From: the human T2T-CHM13v2.0 reference genome, Homo sapiens
DNA: 64,000 bases
Reading direction: 5' to 3' (one strand)
Assembly: GCF_009914755.1 (NCBI RefSeq)
Contig: NC_060938.1
Position 1 is the stretch's first letter. Each line of letters begins with the position of its first letter. Below are positions 28,551-41,782 of the stretch, in pieces. A program made the translations under genes and the position numbers. The notes under the pieces were generated by a model. That model was not told the DNA's origin and ran no database searches. It saw only the letters and a list, made by a program, of their open reading frames with translations.

Positions 28551-29513
28551 ATATTCGTCCTTGGAAAAGATAATCCAAAATGATTTCCTTTCCTGTTTCA
28601 GTTTTTCAGGCATGAATACTGTAAGCAAGAAGAGAAAAGTTACAATAAATTGACATTTATAGTTGAAGTTGACCGCTAACCTGTGAAGCTTTCTTGAACA
28701 TTCCCTCACTGAAAACTCCTTTTCATTACTTTTCCTGTATTGTATCTCTACATGCTCATGAGCAGTTTAAATCATTGGCAGATCTGGATAGTATCTGCTA
28801 AAAACATGTTGGCACCTAGATTCCACTGTTACTAACTAAACATGAAGCTAAAAATAAATGAGAGATGCTAGAGATTTGAGTAATTCCACAGTCTCATCAT
28901 AAATGGCAGCAAGCAGATTCTGTTGACCATGGTCTGCTTGTTGCAGAAAGATAAAACCCAATATCAAAATTGTTCGGGTGATAATCTTCTGCACTTTATC
29001 TTCCAGATGGAAAATAACCTACACTCTTCAAATCCTTAAATATTTTTGTGCTCACATTTTCCAAATACTTAAGGCTGTTATTCCGAGATAGTGAGAACCA
29101 GCCCAATCTGTCATCTTATCTCCTTTTAATAATGAAACCCAGATTGCCACAATCATCTAAAACCAAGATTCAGAAGTTGAGATCGTGTGATGTTGTTAAC
29201 GGGAGAAGTATAACTTCCATTGCCTAGACCTCAGAGTCACAGCGAATATGTTAATGACCCTTGATACCTGAGATAATCATAAATACATTGGAAAATATGT
29301 GAGCCAAAAACTTGAAGAGTTCTAAAACATTAAAGATAAACTATAGTTAGTTGAATGATCTTACCTTCTAAAGTGAAAGAATATAAAAAATACTTGCAGA
29401 GAGTTCTTGCTAGATTCATCATGCTTTTCAAAACTAGGTTGATGTTACTCATGTTGATTTTAAGCATCCACCATTTCATTTCCAGTAAATGATGTTGAAA
29501 TGCAAGAAATTAT

Positions 29514-29573
29514 AAAAGTTTAGTCCAAAAAACTGGAAAAAAAAGAAAAACTGGAAAAAAAAAGTTTAGTCCA
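29514..29573 (+). repeat. 14-bp direct repeat AAAAGTTTAGTCCA flanking a 32-nt A-rich insert
   Basis: Exact copies at 29514-29527 and 29560-29573; insert AAAAACTGGAAAAAAAAGAAAAACTGGAAAAA. Confidence 0.85.
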
Positions 29574-30714
29574 GTGTGCCCTCAGCAATATTCTGCAGTT
29601 GATTAATACATGTTATTTTACTTTGTCCCTTTCCTTAGAGTTCAGAGTTCGTTGAATAAGTTTGACATCTCCGTTGTCTCTGCAGGGTGGGAATGTGTCA
29701 AGCAGGAGCAATATCTGGATGAAACGGGTCTTAGAATCAGGTCAACTGTGCATTGCAAGAATAGAGGCAGTAGGTAGGAGCCAAGACCATAACTAGACAG
29801 AAGATATACATTAAACTTGAGTGGTGAGATGGAGAAATCAACAGCATGATTATCCAAAATTACCCATGCCACCTCCGCCGCAGAAGAGGACAGGATGCAG
29901 GATGTTAGTTGATTTAGCTGGTTTGGGAGCTAATGTGTTAATCAGGTATGCAATGGGACTTGCTTTGATGTGAAGCCCAGCATGCTGTGAGTGTGACTAC
30001 TTAAAGAAAGCACACTGGAATGGAAACAATGCAGTCACCTACATTTAGGGGTAGGGCAGCAGGAGTGGAAAAAATGTTTGATAGGTTTGTGGGGCAGGTT
30101 TCAGGTGGTCACTTATAAGTCTTAAGTTTGCTTCTCTGGGCCTTGACTCTCACTGAGAGTCATAGAGTTTGAAACTTATAGAGTTTGTCTATGTTCTCTG
30201 TCCCCAGTTACACTATTAATTCAGGTGATGGTAGAACAGCCTTTTGGGCTTTCCTGGCTTAATTTTGATTATAGGAAAACTTCTGATTTGGCTCTCTTTA
30301 CTAACAAACCAAAAACTCCAAGACACAGGGCACTGCAAATCCAGACCTGCTAGTTTGAATGTCTTGGAGAGGGCTTGGTGGCCTCCGAGGACAGGATCAT
30401 CCATTCTCAGAAAATTTGTGGGAGCTTTGGGATACAGATAAGGGGTTGTAAAACCCCAGTGGAGTCCAGGACTGAGGAGGACCACTTTGAGGATGCAGAC
30501 CTGCACCCTGGTGGCCGGGTGCAGCTATGCTTTTTCTTGCCCCTGGTAAAAGGACCACTGAACTCAACCAGACTGCAAACCCTAAAACAGCCCTGTGATC
30601 TGGCTTCCGCTCCCTCTGCTGCCATCCAGGGCAGTCCTGCCTGCCCAGGACCCAAACCCCTTTATTTTCCTAGTGACAGGCCCATCAACCTTGGACCACA
30701 TTGTAGACTTAATG

Positions 30715-31578
30715 AAAGATCTTGAAACAGCTAACATGCATATGAAAAGGTATTCAACATCACTAATCATCAGGGAAATGCAAATCAAAACCACAGTGAC
30801 ATACCACCTCACACCTGTTAGAAGAGTTATTAGGAAGGTGAAAGATAACAAGTGTTGGTGAGGATGTGAAGAAAAGGGAAACTTGTACACTGTTGGTAGG
30901 AATGTAAATTGGTACAGCCGTATAGAAAACAGTATGGAAGTTCCTCAAAGAATTAAAAATAGAACTACCATATAATCCAGGAACCCCACTTCCAGGTATA
31001 TATATATATCCAAAGGAAATCAGTATCTTGAAGAGATATCTGCACTTCCATGTTCACTGGGGGCATTATTCACAATAGCCAATATATGGAAACAACCTAC
31101 ATGTCCATCGGTGGATAGACGAATAAAGAAAATGTGGTATATACATACAATGGAATACTATTCAGCCTTAAAAAAGAAGAAAATATGCCATTTGTGACAA
31201 CACGGATAAACCTGGGGGACATTGTGCTAAATGTAATAAGCCAGACACACAAATACAAATCCTGCATAATCTCACTTCTATGTGAAATCTAAAATATTCA
31301 AACTCATAGAAGCTGAGAGTAGAATGGTAGGTGACAGAGGTTAGAGGATGGTAGAAATGGGGAGATGTTGGTCAAAGGGTACAAAGTTTAAATTAGGAGG
31401 AATAAGTTCTGGAGATCTAATGTACAGACTATCATGACTATAGAAATCATGGCTATAGAAAACAATACTGTATTGTATATATGAAATTTGCTACAGGGCT
31501 AGATCTTAAGTGTTTTCACCACACATGAAAAAGTAACTATATAAGGTGATGGATATGTTAACTAGCTTGATAGTTGTT

Positions 31579-31625
<47 letters not shown>

Positions 31626-31715
31626 TTATATATATAAACATTAACTTTTGCAACTTAGATATATACAATTTCTATTTGTCAATTACATCCCATTAAACCT
31701 GAAACAAAAACAAAC
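30715..31715 (+). mobile_element. L1MA9-like 3' end with (TA)n(TG)n(TATG)n microsatellite at 31579-31636
   Basis: CATCACTAATCATCAGGGAAATGCAAATCAAAACCAC..GGGGAGATGTTGGTCAAAGGGTACAAAG..AATAAGTTCTGGAGATCTAATGTACAG. Confidence 0.9.
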
Positions 31716-32144
31716 CTTAGAAAAACTTGACTCAGTCTGTGAAATTCTAATGCAAGAATATGACCAATTGTCACAGACGGATACACACTACATTTGAAGC
31801 TAAGAGAAACACATGATTTGATTTTTTTCTGATGGAGAATGTTAAGATTAAGACATGCCTAGAGAAAAGCATGATCCTCTGTCCTTCTATGTGTAGTGAG
31901 GCTCAGCAGTGCCCCTGCTGGCTTATAGTTAATGGTTATAAAGAAATGAACACAGCCAGTCTGCCACATAAGCTTGATAAAGTCAGGAACTATGTCTGCC
32001 ATGTTCACTAATGCATTTCCATGTCTTAGCACAGTGCCTGCTTATACACTGGCAATATGAAATTATTAATACTAACCTCTCACTTATATGTGGAATCTAA
32101 AATATTCAGTGATTATGAGGATTGAGTGAGAGCACCTCATTTGA

Positions 32145-32673
32145 TTATTTCAGTTTTCTATTGTTGCATAATAAATAGCCAAACCTAGTGGCCTAAAGCA
32201 ACTGCAATATTTATTTTGCTCACAAAGCTTCAGTTTAGGCAGGACATGGTGGGAATCGTTCATTTCTGCTCCACCCCACTTCCAGTGGGGGTGGCTTGAA
32301 GACCAGGGGCTGGAGTCACCTGAATGCTCATATGTCTGGTAGTAATGCTGTCAGTTGAGACTTCTGAAGGCCCAGTCTGCAGAACACCCACACATGGCCT
32401 CTCCATGTGATCTGGGTTTCCTCACCACATCATCCCTGAATTTCAAGGGTGAACATCCCAGGAGAGAGAACCAGGTAAAAGAAACTCTCATGACCTTACC
32501 TTGGAAGAAGGCAGTGTTGCTTTCACCAGATCCTATTCATTTAGGCAGGCAGTCAAAACATCAACCCAATTTCAAGGGGAGGAGAAACAGACTCCCTGCT
32601 TGTTGAGTGGTGCCATGTGGGACCAGGAATATTTCTGTAGCCTTCTTTGAAAATATAATCTCATATTGGCACA
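32145..32673 (-). mobile_element. Old MLT1 LTR (MLT1G/H-like)
   Basis: CTATTGTTGCATAATAAA..CCAAACCTAGTGGCCTAAAGCAAC, CACATGGCCTCTCCATGTG, TTCAAGGGGAGGAGAAACAGACTCC. Confidence 0.72.
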
Positions 32674-33499
32674 TAATGAGATACAAAAAATTGACATAAG
32701 TTTGATTTTAAGATGAGATATTGGCTAGGTATTATTAATCATTCTATTTATAGCTTGGCCACCTAGCTTCAAATATGTCATAGTTTAATGATAACATGGC
32801 TTTGTGGTCATAAGTCAGCTTTTTCTGGTGTGAGAAGGTTCTGGGTTCCTGGAGTATAATCTGAATTTATAGTAGAAATTTGAGAGTTAGGTCATAATCA
32901 CAGCCTTTTATTTTGGAAAATTTATTTGAAATAGCATTAAAATGAGAAATATTACAGATATATTCTTAAGCAAAGGTAAAAATAGGATTACCTGAATAGA
33001 TGGATACATTTTGCTCAGGTGTTGCCCAGGGGTCTTTCTGTTGAAGCAAAGTGAAGCAAGCAGTGTGGTTACTGTAACCACAAACATCTTCCTAGAAACC
33101 AATTGTTTTATCCTATTTTGTTTCTCCATTGGACTTCTAGACTTCTGAAAGAATAAAGAAAAATTTCCTCCAGTTCTTGAGGTAAAGGAGAAGTCTCTGC
33201 CTCTACTATCTGGACAACTGGAACTCTCTCTCTTTAATCTCTTGAATGAGAAGGGGTGCCGTCTTCCAGGCTCTGGGGTTATGCCCATCCTTCCACTGCA
33301 TGATTGAGAAAGGTGCAAGGAGAGCCTTTTGTTTGAGTCCTTTAAAAGCTAGAATGTCCACAAGGAAAGAGCTACTGGACCTGGAGACCACACAAATGAA
33401 GTAACCTGAGATTTAAAAAAAATATATTTATGTTCTGAAGCCAGAGATATATGCTTCAAGTACTTGTTTAATTGGTAGGTTAGGGGATGTTCTAAGGCT

Positions 33500-33625
33500 T
33501 TCATTCATTCATTGAATGAGCATTTACTGAAAACCTACTAAATGTTGCATACCATGCTAAATATTCAAAATAGGAACGAGAACAAAAGAAACAAGTTTCC
33601 CCCTCTCACAGACCTTACAGACATT
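33500..33625 (-). mobile_element. L2 3' tail fragment
   Basis: TTCATTCATTCATTGAATGAGCATTTACTGAAAACCTACTA. Confidence 0.65.
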
Positions 33626-34304
33626 AGAGATAATTTGTATGAAGATTCTGTTAGTTGTAGGGTTTAGAGCAGCCACAGGGTGGCACAAGTTGGCATTGGA
33701 GCTGGGCAGAATTAGGATCAGCAGGTCGGTTAGAATACGCAGCCATCAGTGACTGCTTAGATGGGGATGTGCCCCCTCAAATGACACCAGAAAACAAATG
33801 AGATTTTGTGTGGTCAGCATCTAGAGACTGGCAGGAATTGGACTTTGGACCTGGAATAGAAGCCGTGTCTCAGGACTTGGAATGGTCCTTTCCAGAATGA
33901 AGAAGGACACTGTGATTACTTGCAGTTGGTCATTGAGATGCAGGCAGATCTTGAGCTACAGAAGAGATGACACCACTCCATGTACAAAAGAGTGGGAGAC
34001 AGAGGGAGATGGAAACTGTAGCCCAGTGTTGAGACCTTCTATGTCCCCTGTGTCACTTTCTTGTCCAAAGTGAAGTGAAGGACCCCCATAGTCCCAAAGC
34101 TTGCCATAGGATACCAAAGCTTCTTAAGTCTCACTTTGAAGTCCATCTCCTCTATAGTGATGAATGTGTTTCAGAGTGGATCAGATGAAACACATGTGGC
34201 TTTCATTGAGTCTCCAGATAAATGAAGTGACCCACTAAATCCATTCGAAAGTTTATTATCTTTTATAGCATCACTAAATGAAATATCATAGGCACCAAAA
34301 GTAT

Positions 34305-34375
34305 TGATTTCATTAAGATAATTGACAAAATTTGTCATGATCTCCTTGTGGATAAGCTTGAGAAACTGGATAATT
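34305..34375 (+). mobile_element. L3/CR1 reverse-transcriptase fragment
   Basis: TTGACAAAATTTGTCATGATCTCCTTGTGGATAAGCTTGAGAAA resembles the CR1 RT segment FDKVSHDILVDKMEK. Confidence 0.5.
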
Positions 34376-35904
34376 ACGTGGCAAAATCTTGAGATACAAA
34401 AAGTGTATCTCAAGAATACTGATAAATTAATCAACGCTAATCTGGACCAAGGTTTCTCAAACTTGAGTAATCTGTGGGTCCCTTTCAAAGGAAAAATATT
34501 CTCATGAATTTCACCAATATTGATTTGTTTTTATTGTAATAGTATTGAAATATTTAGACCCAACCCTAGAAATAAGTTCTTTATACTTGCAAGTTTTTTT
34601 AATCAAAACAAATACATGAATCAAATAAAAACATAGTTTAAGTGAATAGTATTAATTTAACATGGCAGATAATATTGTTTGCTGACAGTAAATCAACTGG
34701 TGCTGAATTTAACATTAAAATGATGAGGGTTTATGTCAGATTCTACGCCCTGCAGCATTTTGGCTTCTCTTTCTAATACAGAAAAGACTTGCTCACATAG
34801 ATATGCTACACAAAATGAAACTTCAAACTTCAAAAATTTGTTTGATAGTTTAGGTTAGTTAGTTGGACCTTATAGTTTATCAAAATCCTATAAACAAGAA
34901 ATTTTTACATAAAAATTTTAGTTAATTAGTGAAGATTAATGTTAAGGCTAGTATTTTTAGAAAAGTGAAATCTGCATCAAGTGAGAATTTACTCCATTTA
35001 TTTCTCGATATGGAAGCAGAATTTCTTTATATTTATTATAATATTTCCTGCCAAATTGATACTATAGAAGAAAGATATTTTTGGAACTAAGTGTTCAATC
35101 AACATCAGCATTCATTGAGCGTCTTTCTCAAACTACTATGTGCTCTGTGAATATAGATCTCATTACATTTCCCTATTTCAGCTTCTGGAAACCTTTCTTT
35201 TTTGTGGGCTGCCATGAAATTATTTGGCTTTCACACAGTACAAACACAGTGGCAGGCACAAATATAAACTTGGACAATGAGAAGGAAGTAGCAATCTCAG
35301 TTTAAGACAATTGCCAGATGATAAAGAATATGCTCATATTATCTTTAAAGATTATCATTTAGTGTAAACCCATATTTAAAATCCTGGCTCCAAATTCTCG
35401 GTCCAGAGTGAATAACTATCATTATTGTTTTGTTGCTATTTACTTATTTAAAACATTTGGTTGGCAACATAGCCAAAAGAAAGGGGCTGTTGCTGGAACA
35501 AGGATTCAGTCTTTTTAGTCTGATGCTGACTAGCCAGCTCATATTGGGTACTCTGTACTTGAGTTTTCCTATCCACAAATGAAGTTGAAACCTTCTAGAA
35601 TTGCTGGGTGAGACACAGGACTTTAAATTTTAATTCAGTGGATGTCTATTATATAAAATTCCTGAAGTAAGTCTTATGGCATTATATACCAGTGCTCTGA
35701 AAACCAAACAATGCTGCACATATCTTAGATATTATTTTAATGTGAGCCAATTTGAAGAAAACTAATTTCTCAACAATAAAAAAACCCAACTACCTCAGAA
35801 ATACAGCATTAACTCATGGCCCCTGCGAAATTTTCTTTATTATTCTACCACACTATAGTGATTAGTCTCAAATGAGATTTTCTGCAGCTGAGAAAAGATT
35901 TTGA

Positions 35905-36091
35905 GTGCAGATTCTTTACCTGGAATCCATGGATAGGCTTCGGGCCGTATTAGCCTCTGAATATGCCTGCAATATTTGCAGTGTGTGCATGTGTATTTGT
36001 GTATGCATGTACACACATCTAAAGGGAAAATCTTTAGATTTGATCACAATCATGATGGTGTGTAAAGAATCAAAAACTATATGAGCCACTG
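35905..36091. mobile_element. MER103C-like hAT-Charlie relic
   Basis: TTTACCTGGAATCCATGGATAGGCTTC...GTGTGTGCATGTG...GAGCCACTG. Confidence 0.5.
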
Positions 36092-36998
36092 TTTGGGGAT
36101 GAAATTCTTAACTCTTAGTTCCAGTTGAGAATTAACACTTTACTTTGACCTGAAACTCAGCTGTTTTACGGAGTCATTTTTCTGGGAATGGTGTCCATGG
36201 TATTATGGTACTTAGTCTCCTGATCATGGTACGAAGTATTGATTGATTTAATATGGGCAGTTTGTTCTTTCTGCATCGCTATCAAAGATAAATTGGGACT
36301 ATAAGTTGAACAATGATATACCTTGCAACCATTGAGCTAATGTTGTTGAATTGTGTTACTTAATTTGGAATTATAGCCGAAAATAGGTGATGCTCCATAA
36401 ACATGTGCTTGATCTTTATAGATGAAACAAACTCAAGCCACAAGGCATCTTTTTAGTTAAGTGAATATGAGTCAGTATTTATCTGGAGACCAACAGGATT
36501 TCAGCTGGATCTGGCCTTCAGTTATTTTATTTTATGTTATGTATGGTGAGATCATAGATCCTAACTGTACACTTTAGTTTTGACAACAGCTTACACCTGT
36601 ATGACCCATACGCCTGTCAAGATACAGAACATGACCGTGATTCCAGACAGTTCCTTTGCTTCTTTTCTCAGGAATCTTCTCTTTCAAGACTGATCTGGTT
36701 TCTTTCATTGCTAGCTAATCCTTTAATTATTGTAGAATTTTGTTCTAGTTTCTTATTTAGAAAATCAATTGTTATATTGGCATAGATTACTTTTTTTCAG
36801 CTTGTGCTGCCTAGAGTCTTAAAGATCTTTGGAGGTGGCTGGGGAGCCACTACCAGAGGATTGGAAGAAGGGGTGAAAGAGGATCTCAGATATTTTAGAC
36901 ACTTTCCCAACCCCTCCTTCAAGTGGAGTAGTTCCCTCTCTGAACTCTTTTATAAACTGGAATTCCATGTGGGGTTTGGTTTTAAAAGGGGGCTCTAC

Positions 36999-37413
36999 CA
37001 GGTGCCTATGAATAGTGGATTGGATAAAGAAAATGTGGCACATATACACCATGGAATACAACTCAGCCATAACAAAGAATGATATCATATCCTTTGCAGC
37101 AACATAAATGCAGCTGGAGGCCATTATTCTAAGTGAATTAACACAGAAACAGAAAACCAAATACCACACGTTCCCACTTCTAAGAGAGAGCTAAACATTG
37201 GGTAGACATAGACACAAAGATGCGAACAATAAACACTGAGGATTCCAAAAAGCAGGGAGGGAGGAAGGGGAACACGTGTTGAAAACCTGCCCATTGGGTA
37301 CTATGTTCACTACTTGTGTGTCAAGAACATTAGAAGCCCAAACCTCAGCATCATTCAGTAGACCCATGTAACGAACCTATAAAAATACTTCCTAAATCAA
37401 CAAATTTTAAATA
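36999..37413 (+). mobile_element. L1PA15-16/L1PB-type 3' end
   Basis: GCAGCTGGAGGCCATTATTCTAAGTGAATTAAC, ATTGGGTACTATGTTCACTAC; degenerate TSD AAAAGG(GGGC/TGT)TCTAC at a TT/AAAA site. Confidence 0.88.
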
Positions 37414-37987
37414 AAAAGGTGTTCTACTTATTTTAAAAATTTATCTGACATAGGTCATTGTGCCAAAAACAACTACAATGTTTCAGTTAAACCATTATAT
37501 AATCTGACTCTTGAAATGACAGTTAAGACTTCCTAAGATCCAAGGGAGGAAGTAATGGTTGGCAGCTGTGCAGAATGAAGGCTAATGAAATGAGGTGGCC
37601 CCACATTGAAGCCAGCAGCAACAGGACTTGGGAAAGCAATTCCTCAGTGGGGGTAGCCTTCCCTGAATGTGTCTTTGAAGTCACGTAGAGGAATTTGTTA
37701 ATGATGCTCGTGCATTTTCTGCTATGTTTTCTCTATTTCTCTTGTAAGGTGACCATTTTGACTGTTTCAGGTCAATCTTGTGCCTTAAAATCAACTGGAC
37801 TCAGGAACTGGCCAGAATCACTTACGAAAATATCTAAGTTTGGAATTGTCCTATTTTCTCCCCCAAATGCAAGTTCATTGTTTTGTGAATTACAACCTAA
37901 GGTCTATCTGTGCTAGGAGGTTTTGCTTTAATAGTAGAAACTGTAAATTATATACACTACAAATGTTCTCATATTTTCTGTCTTCTC

Positions 37988-38548
37988 ATTATGGAAGACA
38001 TTATGCCAATTACTCAAGGATCTAGAACCAGAAATACCATTTGATCCAGCAATCTCATTACTGGGCATATACCCAAAGGAGTATGAATCATTCTACTATA
38101 AAGACATATGTTTATTGCAGCATTATTTACAATAGCAAACACATGGAACCAACCCAAATGCCCATTAATGATAGACTGGATAAAGGAAGTGTGGTACATA
38201 TACATCATGGAATACTATGCAGCCATAAAAAGGAATGAGATCATGTTCTTTGCAGGGACATGGATGAAGCTGGAAGCCATCATCTTCAGCAAACTAACAC
38301 AGGAACAGAAAGCCAAACACCGCACGTTCTCACCATAAGTGGGAGCTGAACATTGAGAACACATGGACAGAGTGGGAAACAACACACACCAGGGCCTTTT
38401 GAGGAGTAGGGGGTGAGGGGAGGGAACTTAGAGGACAGGTCAATAGGTGCAGCAAACCACCGTGGCACACGTATACCTATGTAACAAACCTGCACGTTCT
38501 GCACATGTATCATGGTTTTTTTGTTTTAGAAGAAATAAAGAAAAAAAA
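37988..38548 (+). mobile_element. L1PA8-like 3' end
   Basis: GGAGGGAACTTAGAGGACAGGTCAATAGGTGCAGCAAACCAC; TSD GTTCTCATATTT at 37965-37976 and 38549-38560. Confidence 0.9.
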
Positions 38549-38749
38549 GTTCTCATATTTAAGATAGGTCAATAGAAGAAACTATCTTTAGAATACAATT
38601 TATTTTTCTGAATTATCTGCTACTAGCTAAGTTTTACAAAGGGCCCATTAGAGAAACATCTTTGTTGGTTGGTTGTTTTGATGCTGTATTCCTTTATTTC
38701 CCCCCAAAAAAGGGCATACATAATAATATTTTATATTTATATCTTGATT

Positions 38750-38890
38750 TACAGTGTGTAAAATGTCACATCGGTTTGTCATAACAACCCTGCAAAATAT
38801 GTATTATAATGTCTATTTTAAAGATGAATAAAGTGAGATGCTGTGAGGTTGAGTGACCTGGTCACAAAGGTAGAGAGCACTAGAGGTCAT
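38750..38890 (-). mobile_element. MIR fragment
   Basis: AACAACCCTGC..ATTTTAAAGATGA..GAGGTTGAGTGACCTGGTCAC. Confidence 0.55.
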
Positions 38891-38920
38891 ACTCGTCCTA
38901 ATATCTAAATCATTAGTATA

Positions 38921-39237
38921 GGCCGGGGGCGGTGGCTCATGCCTGTAATCCCAGCACTTTGGGAAGCTGAGACAGGCAGATCACCTGAGGTCAGGAGTTC
39001 AAGACCAGCCTGGCCAACATGGCAAAAACCCATCTCTACCAAAAAATACAAAAATTAGCCAGACGTGGTGGCGGGCACCCATAATCACAGTCACTCGGGA
39101 AGCTGAAGCATGAGAGCCACTTGAAGCAGGGAGGCAGAGGCTACAGAGAGCCGAAATCGCGCCACTGCATTATAGCCTGGGTGACAGAGTGAACTCTGTC
39201 TCAAAATAATAATAATAAATTAATTAATTAAAATAAA
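38921..39237 (+). mobile_element. AluSx/Sz-like
   Basis: GATCACCTGAGGTCAGGAGTTCAAGACCAGCCTGGCC; TSD TAAATCA(T/C)TAGTATA. Confidence 0.93.
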
Positions 39238-41164
39238 TAAATCACTAGTATATGTCATATATCCAGGACCTAGTATCATTTACCTGCATTCTTTAAAAAG
39301 TACTGATGTGTTAAAAGACAATGAGTAGATAACTGTTCTTAATGCTAGACCTCAGTCTTACCCCACTTACTATTGTCTTGCAATGAAATTAAAATATTTA
39401 AAAATTTTAAAAGAATGTTTCCATGCAGAAAGGAGACAAAATCATTCCTCAAAACTTGAGAAAGTTCCAGGCAAAGGGAAATGATTAATTTCTCTTAAAG
39501 CAGATCAGGTCTTTCATCTTGGCAAATTACTCTGAATTAGAAGTCTTCCCTAGATTGTAGATCAAACTTAACAAGGCTCGCTGAACTAAGAAAAGGCATA
39601 TTTGACTGCATGGTGAGAAAAGTAAAAAATAAAAGACAAAGGCTCCTGCGAAAAATCTCCCTGCAAATGCCTGTAATACACACAGTGAACAAGCCAAGCT
39701 TTGCTAACACATGTGCCCAGCCTGATCATTGGCGCCTGATGAAGTGGCATATTATAAGCGAGGATTGAGAATATAATTTTTAAACAAATAATCACTTAAC
39801 TGAATGCACCATTACTTAGAATATACACTTCCTATCAAAGAAGAAAGAGCATTTAGTCACACATGAGGAGCACCAATGCTGGAAGGGAATAGAGTCTAGC
39901 AGAGCATAACATTGCAATCCTGGGGGCAAATTGGAGCCATAAATCTGGATGAGTCACTGAGGGCCTGAATTCCTACAGCTATCACAGATGAGGGTAAAGA
40001 GGAGAATAAACAGCAGAGAAAACAGATGACAAAGGGTGAGACTGGGCAGCTGGACAAAAGGCTGCACACGTTGTTAGGACCCCGGGAAGCCACAGGAGGG
40101 CAGCAGAAGCAAGTGGCACAGACGTAAGTTACAGAGCGTCCTTTCAGGAAGGGTGCATTTTAAAACATATCAATCTGTCACAGAATCTAGACTTCAAACC
40201 GCTGGAAGTTAGTGGAGTATTTCTTAATGGCTCTTATGCCATTAAACTGAACCCAAAACAATGTTTATATGCAATCTAAAGATTCAAAGGATTAGGTAGG
40301 AGAAGTGAGTCTGGTGAAGGGATTTTCTGAGCAGGGAAGACAGAAGGTGCATTCTTCCTTTCATTATTTTCTCATTGTCTGCCATCATGGGTAGAGTATT
40401 CATGGACCAGTAACTAAGAATTCAGGACAGAGGCTGTGGCCTTTCTTAGAAGTAGTGGCAAGCAGGCAGCTAAAGATATGCTAACAACCTCAATCAGAAT
40501 GTAGAATGAATGAAAAGTGTATCTGAGGAAATTGACAATTGATTGACGAGACTCCTTAATTGCTCATTAAAATTATACCTGGGGAGCTACAATGAGGGTC
40601 CCTCCAGAAAGGACCCTCTTAGCCACTTCTTGTGCTCCCATGAGTTTTTAATAATTGTATGAATAAAAGAGCATAGATTTTTGCTTAATCACATTTCTTT
40701 TCAAAAAGGAAAGTGAGAATCTATTACTGAAAAAGAAAATACCATTCCAGCATGCCATCTAAGTAGTGCCCAAAACAGACCTGTCATTATGTTAAGAGCT
40801 AATTTTGACCTATGGATGAACTTCTTTACTTCAATTTAAGGATAGAAAGCTCAACTTTTAAGGATATGGGTGAATCTGCCCTATAATGTTGGGACAGTGA
40901 GTAGGAAAATACTTATTTTGTTCAGGGAATGTATTCTTTTCACCCTTTCCCCTTGAGGCTTGAATTTGCTTTTTCATCTTTATAAAAATCTGATAAATTA
41001 TCAAAATAAAATAGGCATTAACCAAGAATTCCCTTTCTAGGAAATGATTCCAAAAATTAATCAGATGCAAAAAGTGATGTATGTTCAAGGATGTTTTGAG
41101 GAATGGATGTCCTATTTACGTTTGAGAAAATGGAAAATAACCTCACATTTTTATAATAATAATA

Positions 41165-41390
41165 ACAATAACAAATCTTTATTGAATATTAACTTTGTAC
41201 CAGATCCTACTAAGCCCTCTTACTTGTTTCTCACAACAAGCCTAGCAGGTAGGTGTTATTACTATACCCATTTTGGAGATGAGAAAGCCATGCCTCCAAA
41301 AGGTTAAGCAACTTGCTGAAGGTCACACATCTAATACAAATTGGAGTGGGGATTTTGGTTCCAGAACCCATAGATTTAACATCTATATTA
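41165..41390 (-). mobile_element. MIR within L1ME 3' fragments (about 41030-41710)
   Basis: CCCATTTTGGAGATGAGAAAGC..AGGTTAAGCAACTTGCTGAAGGTCACACA. Confidence 0.7.
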
Positions 41391-41782
41391 TATATCTTCT
41401 TTTTATATAACAGAATGATTAAATATATTTGGGTACATCCTCATAATAGGATATTTTCCAAAATTAAACATCGTGATTTTTGAAAAATAGTAATGCAAAA
41501 TGAAAAACAATATAATGTTAAGTGAATAAATCAGGATACAAAATAGTAGGTGCAGTATGATTTCAATTGCGTAAGATTCAAAAGAAAAATACATGTGAAC
41601 ATGTTCAAAGTGAACATGTTTCTGGATGGTATATTGAAATTCTTGTCTTTTCATCTTTTCGTATTTTCTAGTTCTTTATATGAGCATACTTTGCTTCTAT
41701 AATTATGAAGTTATTGTGTAGCAGATGCACAGTGAAGAGAACTTTTGCATTTTTATTCTGTAAGAAAATTTGACATAATGAA

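Noticed and set aside
28580-29760. Splice-acceptor-like tracts (about 28610, 29638, 29685) suggesting lncRNA exons
   Set aside because: Such motifs are frequent by chance; no coherent exon chain can be supported without transcript data
32908-33318. 136-aa ORF in non-repeat DNA
   Set aside because: Non-ATG start, no recognisable domain and no codon or exon signal
33673-33686. CTCF-like CCACAGGGTGGCAC
   Set aside because: Two core mismatches; too weak without binding data
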